This document shows positions 49,464 through 62,310 of a DNA stretch of 64,000 nucleotides, piece by piece; positions within the stretch are counted from its first letter, which is position 1, and the number at the start of each line of letters is the position of its first letter. Both the position numbers and the translations under genes were made by a program. The stretch covers positions 17,856,001 through 17,920,000 of the forward strand of contig OY740808.1 of NCBI GenBank assembly GCA_963514005.1, written 5' to 3'. Below the pieces are notes generated by a model that saw nothing but the letters and a program-made list of their open reading frames with translations, was not told the origin of the DNA and did no database searches. This stretch comes from Raja brachyura. Its lineage: Eukaryota.

Positions 49464-52261
49464 TCAGATAAAGGTGAATTATTAACATAACCTAAAGACA
49501 TTAATAAAAGATTTGCTCAATTTTACCAAAATCTATATACATCTAAAACTTCTGCAAATAATACTAAAGTTACAAACTTCTTAGACAATTGTAATCTTCC
49601 AAAACTCAATACGGTGGAACAAGAGGAATTAGGAGCTCAGATTACATTTCAGGAAATAGAAGAAACAATAAATTTGTTGAAGAATGGTAAAACGCCAGCA
49701 TCAGATGGCTTTAGTAATGAATTCTATAAAAGATTCTACGAGATAATTTCTCCACGCTTACAAAATTTATATATACATGCTTTTAAAGAAAATATACTAC
49801 CAGAAAGACTAACCAAGTCAACTATTACATTTTTACCTAAAAAGGATAAATATCTAGAAGACCCAGGCTCAAATAGAGCCATAGCACTCCTAAATACAGA
49901 TCAAAAAATATTAGCAAAGACCCTAGCGAGAAGATTGAGTAAATTTGTTAGCAAACTAATAAACCCAGACCAAACGGGGTTTATACCCAAGAGATACTCA
50001 TTCAACAATTTGTGACGGCTGTTTAATATAATGTACTCACATAAAACTGAAGAGAAAGAATTAGCAATTATTTCATTGGATGCAGAAAAAGCTTTTCATC
50101 AAGTAGAATGGCAATATTTATTCAAAGTATTTCAAAAATTTATTATGGGAGATAATTTTATCTCATGGGTAAAATTATTATACGATAAGCCGACGGCTAG
50201 ATTACTGACTAATAATATATTATCCCCGAAATTCCAATTATCAAGGGGCAATAGACACTTGTACTAGTGATAGAGCCTTTAGCAGAAAGTATAAGAAGTC
50301 ATCTGAATATTCATGGATATAATACCAAACACTCAAATAATAAAATGTCATTATATGCAGACGACATATTATGTATTACAAATTCGTAAATTAGCATACC
50401 AAATATACTAAATTTAATAGAGGAATTTGGTTCTTTCTCAGGATATAGAATAAACTGGAACAAAAGCGAAATTATGACGATAAAACCTCAAGAGCCGACG
50501 CATCTGTTGAAATTCCCTTTTAGAATTGCAACAGAAAAATTCAAGTATTTGGGTATCCAAATTACTAGAAAATATAAATCATTACTCAACGCAAACTATA
50601 TGCCTTTATTAACTAAATTAAATCGGTTGATTAAATTCTGGAAAACACTGCCAATGTCCTTAATAGGCAGAATAAATGCTATAAAAATGATCTTCTTACC
50701 ACAAACACTGTACCTATTTAAATCAATACTAATATATTCACCAAAAAAAATATTTAAATAACTAGACTCTGATATTACAAACTTCATATGGGACTATAAA
50801 TCACACAGAATTCAAAGAAAACATCTGTGTAAATCTAAAGAATCAGGGGGACTGACACTCCCTAACTTCTTGTACTACTATTAGGCAGTGAATATTCAAA
50901 ATATAATCTATTGGTTGGACAGTTCTGCCCAACAAGTAGATTGGATAAGAATGGAGAGAGAGGATTGTTCCCCTTATAATATAGGAGCGATTCTTCTTTC
51001 CCCGATGAAACTGAACAATATAATATATACGAAGTATCCAATTATTCACAGTATAATACGAATCTGGAAACAAATAAAATTAACTTTAAAATTAAGAAAT
51101 TTATCGCTTCTTTCCCCAGTAGCTAACAATCCCTCATTCAAACCATCTATTATTGATAAAACATTTATCCATTGGGAAAGAATAGGAATTAAAATGATTG
51201 GAGATATGTATGAAATGGGAAAACTTTTATCATTCCAACAATTACAACTAAAATATAACTTGAAAAGTAACCAATATTTCAAATATCTTCAAATTCAAGA
51301 TTATTTGAAAAAATATATACAAGGATATCAAACTCTAACCTCAGATTTAACCTCTAACCTCTAACCTCAGGGACTGGGAACAAGAGTTATTGATAAAAAT
51401 CCCAAATGACAGATGGGAAAATGTTTTATTATATGTACATAAATGTTCGATTAATGTAAGACATAACCTAATTCAATTTTAAATTTTACACAGATTATAT
51501 TACTCGAAAACCAGATTGAATAAAATATTTCCAAATGTCTCCCCCATTTGTGATAAATGTCTAACTCAAAATACGACTATAGCATATTCCTTTGTCTCTT
51601 GCACAAAACTGCGTAAATTTTGGAATGAAACCTTTGGAACTTTTACAAAACTATTTAACACAAAATTGAACTCCAACACAGAACAGATTATCTTTGGATC
51701 AATGGAAGAGGGACGTAAATTAACTACGTTCCAAGAAGCTCTTCTTAATTATGGTTTAATAACAGCAAAAAAACTTATACTCAAATTCTGGAAAAACGCA
51801 ACCTTGCCAACGTTCAAAATGTGGATTTCAAATATGTCGGAAACGCTACATCTTGAAGAAATGAGATTCCTCCTACTAGGCAAAGTAGACCAATTCTTAA
51901 AGATTTGGTCTCCTTTTATCGACTTTTTACAAGCATATGGTGCAACATAACATAACCTTAGAAATTAAATGGTTCAGAACCGGATGACGGAGAGTAAAGA
52001 TATGAAATAAGTATATCTCTCCTAATTTATTTCCTCTACTTTCTCTTTTTCTTTCAATCTTTTTAGCTTTTTATCTCTGCTCTGTCTCTTTCGCTACCTG
52101 TATCTACTCGCTTATCTATCTATCTCAACACTCTTTATTTCCCTTTTTCTTTCACTGCTCTTTTATTATTAAATTAAAAATAAGAAGTTGTACAAGAATG
52201 GTAATGTGTATTAGGTACTTAGGTACCACACTATTGTACTTCTAAAAAAACAACAAAAAAA
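49464..52261 (+). mobile_element. 5'-truncated L1-clade LINE, ORF2 pseudogene
   Basis: GKTPASDGF..EFYK, DQTGFI, SLDAEKAF, LYADD, KYLGI, CDKC..C C-terminal motif; pyrimidine-rich 3' UTR and A-rich tail; internal deletion marked by (CTAACCT)n near 51335. Confidence 0.93.
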
Positions 52262-52639
52262 GATATTTGACAAGACCTTTAAGAACAATATTTGACAAAC
52301 TGCTGAAGGAGGTACGGGATGGACTTCTATTCAAAGATGTGGTAAAATGGACAAAGTAGTTTTTTGTGTAAGCAACCAAAGGAATTAAGCGATAACGGGG
52401 AGCTGATAATGTGCATGCAACTTAATGAATATTTGGTCTTGCAGTGTGGTGTTTTATACCATTTTGGAGAATGCAGGAGTAAACTGGTGGTTATTTCTAA
52501 TCTGAGCATTTCAATATATGAGAAGTGATTAATCAATAGTACCCACTCCATTACATTGTAGATTTGGGGTAAAGAGACATTTTAAATAATGTTTTTGATT
52601 ATTTCCTTTCCTTCTCAAACACTGCGATACAAGTAGTAG

Positions 52640-53170
52640 CAGGACTGGCGGCGGCGGGCGGTCTCTGTATTTGTTCCCAGGTGGGCTGTGTTGAGCTGGG
52701 GCGGGGCTGAGCGGCAGCTCCTGGCACCGAGCGAGGGGAGCCGGCGATGGTGGGCCGGTGGGGGCGAGGCTCCGAGCCGGACCCGGAGCTTCGCTCGCTG
52801 CCCTTCGCCCGCAGGCTCGCCTACTTCGACGGCGAGTTCGAGCGGCTGCGGCGGGAGCGGCGATTGCCGGCTTCGTCCTCGGCCCGGCTCCGGGCGCTGG
52901 AGCCGCTGCTGCGCCGCGGGCCTCGCCGCTCCCCCGGCCCTCGGTCGGCGCTGGCCGCCGGCGCCCTGCTGCTGCTACTGCTGCTCCTGCCATGCGGCCT
53001 ACTCCGCGCCGGCCCCGCCGCCCGCTTCCTCAGCTTCTGCGGCCGCGCACTGCTCATCCAGGTAGGTGTCCGGTCCGCGGCCCCCAACCCACCCACCCAC
53101 CGACCGTCCCGAACAAACCCCACCGCCTCCCGGCTGCTGAGAGTCTCCATTGCTGGCATTTCAGGCGTGG
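52640..53170 (+). promoter_or_regulatory. CpG island and promoter with GC box
   Basis: Abrupt switch to GC- and CpG-rich sequence; GGGGCGGGG at 52698-52706; ATG at 52747 in strong context (gcgATGG) with an in-frame TGA upstream at 52708. Confidence 0.8.
52747..53061 (+). CDS. Exon 1 of uncharacterised C6orf89/BRAP-like membrane protein
   Basis: 105 codons ending CAG|GTAGG; Arg-rich N-terminus followed by hydrophobic ALAAGALLLLLLLLPCGLL (signal anchor). Confidence 0.85.
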
Positions 53171-53250
53171 GGGGACCATTAATGGACTATCAACAATTAA
53201 AGTGCTGGGGTAACACAGCGGGCCAGGCAGCATCTCCGGAGAACATGGAT

Positions 53251-54286
53251 TAGCAATGTTACAAAATTTTGAGATTTTAAAAATCAAGTCTGCAATTTAT
53301 CCCATCAGGTAAAGCATAACAAGAAGTTTAATTTGACACCTAATTTACTTTCATATCTTCAGTATTAAGAAAGTTATGGCCATTTTCATGCTCGGAAATG
53401 AGCATCTTGCTTCCCATTGCCTTTCAATTGACTTAACTCAAAAGCTGTGATCTGGAAAAATTAAAAGCCCATAACTTTATTAAAAATTAAGAGAACTCAA
53501 TGAAATTTTCAGTCATTATAGATTGAAGCATTCTGAAACAAATATTAAACAATCTTACTTGGATTACCTGAAATTAAAGTATATAATTAGTTAGTTATCT
53601 AATTGTAGCTAATTACAAAATTCAATGAGTAGATCTAAACATCTATCAATTTCTTAAGAAAAGATAAACTTTTTTTTAATTGCCTAAGTGTCCAAATAAC
53701 ATTCACACAATAATCCACAATATAACATAATTTTTAAATCTCATTTTCATGAATTTCTGGGCCAAATGGAAGGAATTTAGTGTTTACTGCCTGTAAATAA
53801 ATGGCCATTTAAATCAACTAGCGAGTGGGTTTTAGCGGAATGCGGTGGATTGGAACGTTGCGGTTAGCGGTGAAGTAGGGGGGGAAAATACTGGGGGTTC
53901 ATACATTTTTTGGGGAACTCATTTCGCAACATTAAAATAGTATTTATGCCTCCCAAAAAACCAACTTTTAATAAAAAAATAAAGTATTTACCTTTTTTTC
54001 TCCCCTACGGAAAATGCTTCCGGTGGTCTGCGGTCACGGCTTTTGAAGGTGATTTTTAAATTACTCTAGTTAACAAATAACTTAGAGTAATTTAAAAAAT
54101 ACCTTAATGGATGAAATGTCGGAGCGATTTTTCTTCCGCAATTAAATCGCCCGACATTCATCGATTATCCTGGTCTGGTGAAAATCGGCACTTTAAGCCC
54201 GCCCCCCTCTGACAGGCGCTAAAGTCGCGCACACGGGGAGCGGCAGAAGTGCAGCGCCGCTAAAGGTAAGTTTTGTAACATACCTA
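53251..54286. mobile_element. Non-autonomous DNA transposon with 16-bp TIRs and 7-bp TSD
   Basis: CATGGAT|TAGCAATGTTACAAAA ... TTTTGTAACATACCTA|CATGGAT. Confidence 0.8.
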
Positions 54287-54301
54287 CATGGATAGGTGAC
54301 A

Positions 54302-54821
54302 GGGTTACACAAAAGGCTGGAGAAACTCAGCGGGTGCAGCAGCATCTAAGGAGATAGGCGACGTTTCGGGTCGAGACCCTTCTTCAGACTGGTCAGGGAT
54401 CAGGGAAACGAGAGATATAGACGGTGATGTGGAGAGATGAAGAACAATGAATGAAAGATATGCAAAAAAGCATTGGTGATAAAGGAAACAGGCCGTTGTA
54501 AGCTGTTTGTGGTGTGAAAATGAGAAGCTAGTGCGACTGGGGGGGGGGGGGGGGGGGGTGGAGAAGGAATGTCAGGGCCCGAGGGCTGAGGGAGAGGTGG
54601 GAAGGGGAGGGGGCAGTCTGGGTTAACAGAATTGAGAAAATTCAATGTTTAAGCCCAGAGGATGCAGACTCCCCAAGCGGAATATGAGGTGCTGTTCCTC
54701 CAACTTGCGGTGTTGCTCATTTTGGCCGTGGAGGAGGCCCAGGACTGAGAGGTCGGATACGGAGTGGGAGGGGGAGTTGAAGTGCTGAGCCACCGGGAGG
54801 TCGGGTTGGTTATTGCGGACC
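54302..54821 (-). mobile_element. Young Penelope 3' fragment with 11-bp TSD
   Basis: GATAGGTGACA at 54291-54301 and 54822-54832; GIY-YIG C-terminal EEQHLIFRLGSL on the minus strand. Confidence 0.85.
54357..54392 (-). ncRNA. Minimal type I hammerhead-ribozyme-like motif (Penelope-associated)
   Basis: Minus strand CUGAAGA-A-GGGU-CUCG-ACCC-GAA-ACGU-C; the palindromic ACGU could form stem III in a dimer; stem I is weak. Confidence 0.6.
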
Positions 54822-54980
54822 GATAGGTGACATTTCGGGTTGGGAGCCTTCTTCAGGCTGGATCATTGTTTACTGTTCCCGTCTGGATGTCCAGACTCCT
54901 GCTTGTCCCGGGCTTGTGGCCCCTGATTGTGACCCAGACTGAGTGCATTGCTGGGACATTTCTTACAGCTCACTGCTGCT

Positions 54981-55210
54981 TTTTTTTTCACAATAATAAA
55001 TATATATAATACATGAACCGTGCGAAACAATTCATCCGACATTTTCGGAGGCTATACAAATAGTTCAATACAGTCTACATTTCTCAAATTTCACAAATCT
55101 GTCCCCCACCCGTGCCACTCGTGTGCCCCCTGGCGTGGGATATCTCCCCTTATTTTGAGGGGCGTCTCCACCATACCGTGCCCCCCGTGTCCAGCAGCGG
55201 GACGACCCTA
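54981..55210 (-). mobile_element. 230-bp retroposed insertion with poly(A) and 17-bp TSD
   Basis: TACAGCTCACTGCTGCT at 54964-54980 and 55211-55227; poly(T) at the left edge. Confidence 0.8.
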
Positions 55211-56099
55211 TACAGCTCACTGCTGCTGCCTGTTCCCTGCCCATGGCCCGTCCTTTCACCCAGAGACATTGGGAAGGAAATCGCTGAACCAGATGCGGTT
55301 TTGTTCACAGTGATCTATCCAATCGTTTCCTGTGGATCGCCAACAATTCAAATTAGTTAATTAAAATTTCTGCACTGCACTGGAGGGATTTGACCATGCA
55401 CTTTGTTTCATTTGTCCAGGCCTCTCTATTCACTGCAGGACTTGCTGAGTTTCTCCTACGCCATGTACTTTGCTCAGGCCTCAAAATTACTAGTTTGGCA
55501 GTTTAACCAGAATGTTGCCACATCCAGAATGGCATGTTGGCTAAAACGGGCAAGGACATGAGTGAAACAGGATTTTAATGCCAATACAGTAATTACACAC
55601 CATCAGCAATGCTCACTTTTTTTTAAATGATAATTAAAAAACTGTAAATGCTACCTATATGAAATAAAAACAGAAAATGGTGAATGCAAGTCTGGTATTT
55701 GGGATCTTGATTTTAGGGGTTTGGGGTTCAGACCTGGGCTTGTGATGCTGTGGATTTTGGTTCAAATTCTTACCCAATGTTGCCACTGGCGTCCTTAGGT
55801 TACTGAGCCTCTGGGGCACCTTGTTTCCAGGCCTGTGCTATTGATGTTTTGGCTTCATGAACCAAAGCCTGGAGTAAATTTTAGTATTGCGCTCAAGCCT
55901 TGTAACAAAATTGTTTTTATCCCTCGAGTGGTCTATTTATTTCCCTTTGGAAATTTCACTTAACCTAATATTACAGTTTGAATGATGGAAAAGTTCACAT
56001 GGAAACGTCGGTTAACGCATGAGGATTATTTAATTTTATTGTACTCGGCAGAATTTAAATGGGTGGGGGGGGGGGGAAATCGCATTCAAAAAACGACCT

Positions 56100-56425
56100 A
56101 ATGAAAGGCCTCGATTGAGTGGATGTGGGACGGATGTTTCTAGTAATGGGAGAGTAGAACCAGAAGGAACAGCCTCAGAATAAAAGGATGTACCTTCAAA
56201 ATGGAGATGAGGAGGAATTTCTATAGCCAGAGGATGGTGAATCTGTGGAATTCACAGAGGCCAAGACATTGGTTATTTTTAAGGCAGAGATTGATAGGTT
56301 CTTGACTAGGAAGGACATCAAAGGTACAGAGAAGTATGGGGTTGAGAGGGAAAGACAGATCAGCCGTGATTGGAGTTGACTCAATGGGCTGAATGGCCGA
56401 ATTCTGCTCCTATGTCTTATGGTCT
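56100..56425 (+). mobile_element. Decayed CR1 3' fragment directly upstream of the exon 2 acceptor
   Basis: Similar to 22560-22920 (gagatgaggaggaattt..gtgaatctgtggaattc..tggccgaattctgctcctat). Confidence 0.8.
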
Positions 56426-56448
56426 TGAACACATTACTTACCTTTTAG

Positions 56449-56559
56449 TTGCTGCCTTATTGGGATTGGACGTTGTACTCCAACACAGACTGCCTGATCA
56501 GGAACCCCTATTATTTTGTGAGAGGCCTCGAGTCCTTACAACTGACTGACTGCATCAAT
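56449..56559 (+). CDS. Exon 2 of C6orf89/BRAP-like gene
   Basis: ccttttag/gtgagt flanks, 111 nt, phase 0-0, LLPYWDWTLYSNTDCLIRNPYYFVRGLESLQLTDCIN. Confidence 0.88.
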
Positions 56560-57425
56560 GTGAGTGTGGAACCATTGTGACAAAAGCTTCTCAAATTTTA
56601 TCTTGTGATGTTTCTGAAGTGGGGTGGAACCTTCACTGAGAGAGATAAAATCTTATTTCTACATGAAACTCATTGGGACTCAAATTCCCCGTTCAGGTTA
56701 ACTATTGAGGTATGGGATTGAATAATGTTCAATAACTAGCCTTCATGGTCTCTGCAACTGCAATGATTCATGCTCCTGTTGGAGGGTCCACGTTGTGTGA
56801 GTATAATGTATGAAACACATAAGCCCATTGACTAACGTGCACCTTTGCTACTGGTCATCAAAGTGGCAGCATTCAAATGTTGATTTTCTTCATTTCATTT
56901 TCATGGTAAAAATAAAAAATAAGTGAGTTTTGGGAAAAAGAGTTTTACTGATAGTAGATCTTTTACTAATTGATCAACCCATAAATATCCTGGGCTTTGT
57001 TATGCATTCCCTACTTTGGTTACTGCCTTATTTGGATTGGAAATCGTACTCTAATGCCTTTTTTGAGTTAGTTTACCTTGGACAAAGGGACTTTGCATGA
57101 CTATAATCAGCCTGGGTTTTCTCCAACAAGCATGATGAATATCTTGCCAGAATTTGAACTAACTGATTACTGATGACTTTCTGGGGCCAATGTTGTTCAG
57201 GATTAGCCTTCCAGTCTAAGATTATAACTGAACAGTGCTTGCGTGGGCAGCACTTAGCATCTGGGATTCAAAATGTGCAGGGGCTTATTCTTCAAGAGGG
57301 AATTTGGGGGAAAATCATTGTAAAGAATCATGGTTCTTCTCTACAGTGGCAAGATAAATTATATGTTTTAAGTTATTGTAGGTTTAGTTTGAAAGGTTGA
57401 GTGGTTCTCTATTTCATTGGTAAAG

Positions 57426-57581
57426 GTGTGCCAGAAATACCCAACCGTGGAATCTGTGCAGAAAGTGGATCCAAAAGTTGTTCTTCAGAAGTATCTGCGT
57501 CAGAATCTACCTCTTGTAATAACGGACGGGGCTGAAGAATGGGTTGCGCTGAGAGATTTCACTGTGCCATTCCTAGCTCGG
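57426..57581 (+). CDS. Exon 3 of C6orf89/BRAP-like gene
   Basis: aaag/gtaagt flanks, 156 nt, phase 0-0, VCQKYPTVESVQKVDPKVVLQKYLRQNLPLVITDGAEEWVALRDFTVPFLAR (YL..N.P.VI.DG..EW resembles the start of cupin-8/JmjC-like domains). Confidence 0.85.
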
Positions 57582-57986
57582 GTAAGTGAAAAGGGAAACT
57601 TTGTTTACCTTTACTTTATGTAACTGGTCTAGTGCTTAACTCTAGTGTGAGTCTAGAAAATTGATTTCACGGTACCTGCCCTCTTCTACCACAACCTGTC
57701 TGGGAGTCCTGTCAACTGTGGTCAGGATTAAGGAATAAAGGCTTATTAAAAACATCAGTGTGGAATATCTAATCATCACAGTAGATACTACAGAAAGAAA
57801 ACATGGAGAATGGAGTCATTATAGGCAGTGGGATGGAGGAGATTTTGGTCGAGATAGCTGTGGGAATTGGTGGGCTCGTAAAATTGTTTGGTGGTTAACC
57901 TCTCCCTTACGATTAAAATGGAGATGTCAAAAAAGGGAATAGTCAGATGTGGACTTTGTGAAAGTAGGGAAATCAGTAAATGGGAC

Positions 57987-58077
57987 CAGGGTCTCGACCC
58001 GAAACGTCGCCTATCTCCTTCGCTCCTTAGATGCTGCTGTACCCGCTGAGTTTCTCCAGCTTTTTGTGTAACCCCCC
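57987..58077 (+). mobile_element. ~91-bp Penelope-terminus-derived insertion with 13-bp TSD
   Basis: CAGTAAATGGGAC at 57974-57986 and 58078-58090; nearly identical to 8020-8105. Confidence 0.85.
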
Positions 58078-61019
58078 CAGTAAATGGGACTAGCTTAGAC
58101 AGGGCATCTTGGACAGAATGGATGATATTGGGTAAAAGGACCTATTTCCATGCTGTGTGGGTACTGAGATTTAACTCCCCCACACATTGTCGCCACCATA
58201 TCCCACTCTTCCGCACCTCGCTAGCCGTCTTGGTTATGAGCAGAGTTCTTTAGAGATTGCTACCCAGAGAGCTGACACCAAGGAGGAGGGTTAAGTAGGC
58301 AGAGACCGTATACGTGGAACTTGGACCCTGTGATCAGTCTTTGCATTGGGTTTGGGGATTGAAACAACATTGGTACTCAATGTAGGAGCAATAGGAGGCT
58401 GCCATCCCCTTCTAGTCTGCCCCTCTATTTAATACCATCATGGCTGATCTGTGCTGGCCTCTATTCTTCCTCCATGCCCTTTCTCTGTACCCGTGATCTA
58501 TAAAATAAGTATTCACCTAAAATATGTCATGCGTCTTTATGTGAGTGTTTTTTCATTTTACATGATGAATAATTCTAAGTTAAAATGCATCCTCATTGAG
58601 GGCACATTACAAACTGTCTTCATGTAGCATTGCTGCAGTCCCTGCCTGCTTTGGGTAGAAATGGTTCCAATGGTGTCAAAGCACTTGTTAGATTAAGCTC
58701 CTGTGAATGTGCAGAGAGTAGTAGACAGTTGTTCATGGAATTATCTTTGCAATTTTAATGAAAGTATTATGTACAACAGAGCAAATAACTTGTAAATGAT
58801 TTGTATCTTGCATGTGAGTAGAAATGTAATTGGCCGGCTCTCCCTGTAAATAGACACAGTTGTGGCTAAGTGGCATGGTGTTCCTGTGAGTGTTAAACAC
58901 AGGTTCTTGGCTGACACCAAATGCTCCACTTTCTACAGCAAGAGGAAATGCACAGTGGGCAACTTGTGACATAGTGAGGTGCCTGACCTGATGTCATGTT
59001 GAAATGTACATGCGAATACTTGGGCCAGTTTTGGAGTGGGCACCGTTTCACACAGAATTAATTTATAATATAATGTTCCCTGGGCCAAGTTGCTTTTGTT
59101 TATCATTTGTTCAATGAATTTCGGTATGAATGGATGTATTTGGTATTATAGGTAGGGGGAGTCAATGACCCCATTGAAGCATTGTGACGGTTAATCCCTT
59201 ACAGTGAAATCTTTTGTTTACTCCTCGAGCCTCTAGTGGATAACAAGTTGGGGCTCCTGATTGCTGCATCAGATGTACAAGCAGGTGACACACATTTGTT
59301 AACTAGATCATGTAACACAAGGATTTGTTTATGATTGTACACAGGATGAGGAAAGCTGTAAGGTGTGTACGTGCTTCCCCTTGTCTTTCAGCTGGCTGCA
59401 CCTCTGTGTGCCAAAAGCTAATAGTTTCCTGAGGAACTAGATACAAAATTAGTCTTTGGATTCCTGTCCATAGGTCAGTATGACTTCCATACATACACGC
59501 AATACTTTTGCTTCCTCAATCTGTATGTCAGGCCTGAGTGTTACCAAAGGTCATTGCTGTGAATTCTGATCAGTACTAACTCCACAGTTACGGTACTTTG
59601 CAAAAGTTATGTTGAGTTGAATCGTTAAAATGCAAAACTCAAGAACCATGTGACTGATGAGGATAATGTCTTGCTTGTTATCTCCTAGTTATAGGTGTGA
59701 GATCTGCTTTGATTTTTGAATTCTTGATCTCAGTGTTCGAGTTGCATTTTCATCAAAGTGGCAATTGTCGCACCATTGAGGTGGGGATGGAGCAATGAGC
59801 CCAAGCCTCGCCTGGCAGGTAGTGGTGCTTACATTTGGTCTGATGGGGCCAGATATTGAACCTCAGACACTCGGCTACCATGGACAGTTTTGCCATCACA
59901 ACAGGGAATTTGAAACGTTATTATTCCCAGAGGAGGAAATTGTGTGTGGTTTGGCAAGAGCCACTTGATGTGGAGAAGATGTCAATAACGGCGTTCATTA
60001 CGTGAGAGAACAGCTGTAAAGCACGAAATGGCAGGAAATAAGAAACTGCAAAAATAAGCAAAACAGAGTCCTGGAGGATTTCAGCAGGTCAAGAAGCATT
60101 TGTGGAGGGACCCTTGTTTAGACTGCAACAATAACATGTATTTCTGCATTGTTGGTAAAATGCCAAAAGATAATATGCGGAACAGCCTGTGACATTGACA
60201 GAGTTACTTGATCAAAACTGCGTGGAATAAGGACTGTGCTGATGAAGAAAATTGTGGCAAGATGATTCCAGAGCTTGAGTTCTTGGCAGTTGAAGATATT
60301 GGCTATCGGTTACGCAACCCCACTTAGAATCGGTGGGTGGTCAAGAGCAGAATTTAAGAATGTAAAATTATGGAGGCATAGGAGACTGCAGCTACTGAAA
60401 AAAAGAACAGCTGGAACAACTCTGAAGGTCAGAGAGTATCATGGAGGGAAAAGGACAGTTGAACTTTCGGTTCTCTAGATGAAGGGTTTCGACCTGAAAT
60501 TTTGACTGTTCTTTTCCCTCCACAGATACTGTCTGACCTGCTGGGTTTTCCAGCTGGTCTATTTTTCTTTCTTTAAAATTATAGTGTTGTTTAGCCAGTA
60601 GGCCTTATAGGTCAGTAAGCACAGGGTTAAATGTGAATGCGTGCTGAATATGCATAGACTGGTATAAGAGATTTTCATGATCGCAAGTTTAAACTGATAA
60701 GCAATGCACTAGAATAGTCTGTATAGAGGTGGTGAAGGCCTAGAAAATGGTTTTGACAGCTGAAAATTTGAGGCTGGAGTAAGATTGGACAGTTTTGTAG
60801 ATGTGGAAATAGATGGTTTTAGTGATATAATGGTCCAAAGCTCATTATGGGATAATTACCACAACCAGGTTGTGGGGAGGTAGTCTCAGGTCAGAATTGC
60901 CACACAGAAGGATGGAGTGTTGGCTGCGAGACGTGAGTATATGGCACCCACTGAAGATAATAACCTTTGTCTTCTAACATTTAATCTGAGATTTCAGGTT
61001 TTCAGGACCCCGTTTACAA

Positions 61020-61850
61020 GTTGCATTTGACACTGTCGTCTTGAACAATGATGAGATGGAATACAGGAAGGAGAGACCGTGACCTCTCCCTCAATGTCAG
61101 CAAGGCGAAGGAGCTAGCCTTTGCAAATTCCTAGATGGAAATATCTCCGACAATTTGTCCTGGAACAACCACATTGACGCAACAGGTTAAGAAAGCACAT
61201 CAATTCCCCTCCTTTCTCAAAAGAGACTACATAGCCTACTGTCTCCACCTCTTCATTTCTTTTTCCCGCCCCCGACCCCCGACATTAGTCTGAAGAAGGG
61301 TCTCAACCCGAAAAATAGCCTTTTTCTTCTCTCGATAGATACTGCCTCATCTGCAGAGTTCCTCCAACATTTTGTGTGTACCAATGAAATTCTTCATGTC
61401 TGCAATGATTCATTACCAATTTCTGTATTGGGAAGCATTGCAGAAGCATCACAGCTTGTTTTAGCAACTGTTCTCCTCAAGACCTCAAGAAATTGCATAG
61501 AGTTATGGATGCAACTGAGTTCATCATACAAAGCAGACTCCCACTCCCACTTCACGTTGCCTCAGGAAAGCAGCCAACATAATCAAGGACCACTTGCATC
61601 CCAGTCATTAGCTCTTCCCTCTTCTCCTTTGGGCAGAAGATACCAAACCTTGAATGCACACACCAACGTTCAGGAAGAGATTTTCTGCCATTGTTATCCG
61701 ACTCTTGAACTGACCTCTTGGGGTGTATTCCCAATCTACCCACCACTTTCTATCTGCAGCTCTTTCTCTGTAGCGATAGCACTATATTTTGCGCTCTGTT
61801 ATTTTCTCTTTGCACTACCTGATGCACGGTATGATTTGCCTGGATAACAG
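61020..61850 (+). mobile_element. Old Rex1-like remnant interrupted by a Penelope-end fragment (~61240-61380)
   Basis: Degraded similarity to the reverse complement of 15718-16397; SPLGRRYQTL motif. Confidence 0.55.
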
Positions 61851-62173
61851 GAAATTGGAAGAGAGAGGCAAAGGTGACTGTCATCAATGGGTTATGGCTA
61901 ATGCACCAAGAGAAACATAGTTGAGAAATAGATTAGATCTTTGAGGGACAATAGAGGTAAGGAAGCAGGCGTAGGAAAGGAAGTCGGTGAGAATCAATCT
62001 CTTGCCATAGCTAACAAGATGAAACCAAGCTAAAGTGGTCCAGGCCAGCTGGACAATGACAGAGGTATCGGAGAAAGATAGTGTGGTTTGTCGTGTTAAA
62101 AGTCCCGGCTTTGTGCGAGGAAACACATCGACTTAAATAAAGGATTGAACCTGTGTTGCTGTCTCTATTACAG

Positions 62174-62310
62174 TTATTCAGTGGACATCCAGTACTGCAG
62201 AATACAATTGTGTGCAGTTACTGGGACTCTCAAGACTCTCTGGAGAAAAGCCCAAGTGTTTTCTTAGAAAAGATCTATCATCAGAGACTTGCCCACTGGG
62301 CAGTTCAATG
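62174..62310 (+). CDS. Exon 4 of C6orf89/BRAP-like gene
   Basis: ttacag/gtaaga flanks, 137 nt, phase 0-2, LFSGHPVLQNTIVCSYWDSQDSLEKSPSVFLEKIYHQRLAHWAVQ(W). Confidence 0.85.

Noticed and set aside
52529-53213. Antisense and alternate-frame ORFs over the CpG island
   Set aside because: Expected from GC richness; only the 52747 frame has a strong ATG, a TM segment and a phase-compatible donor.
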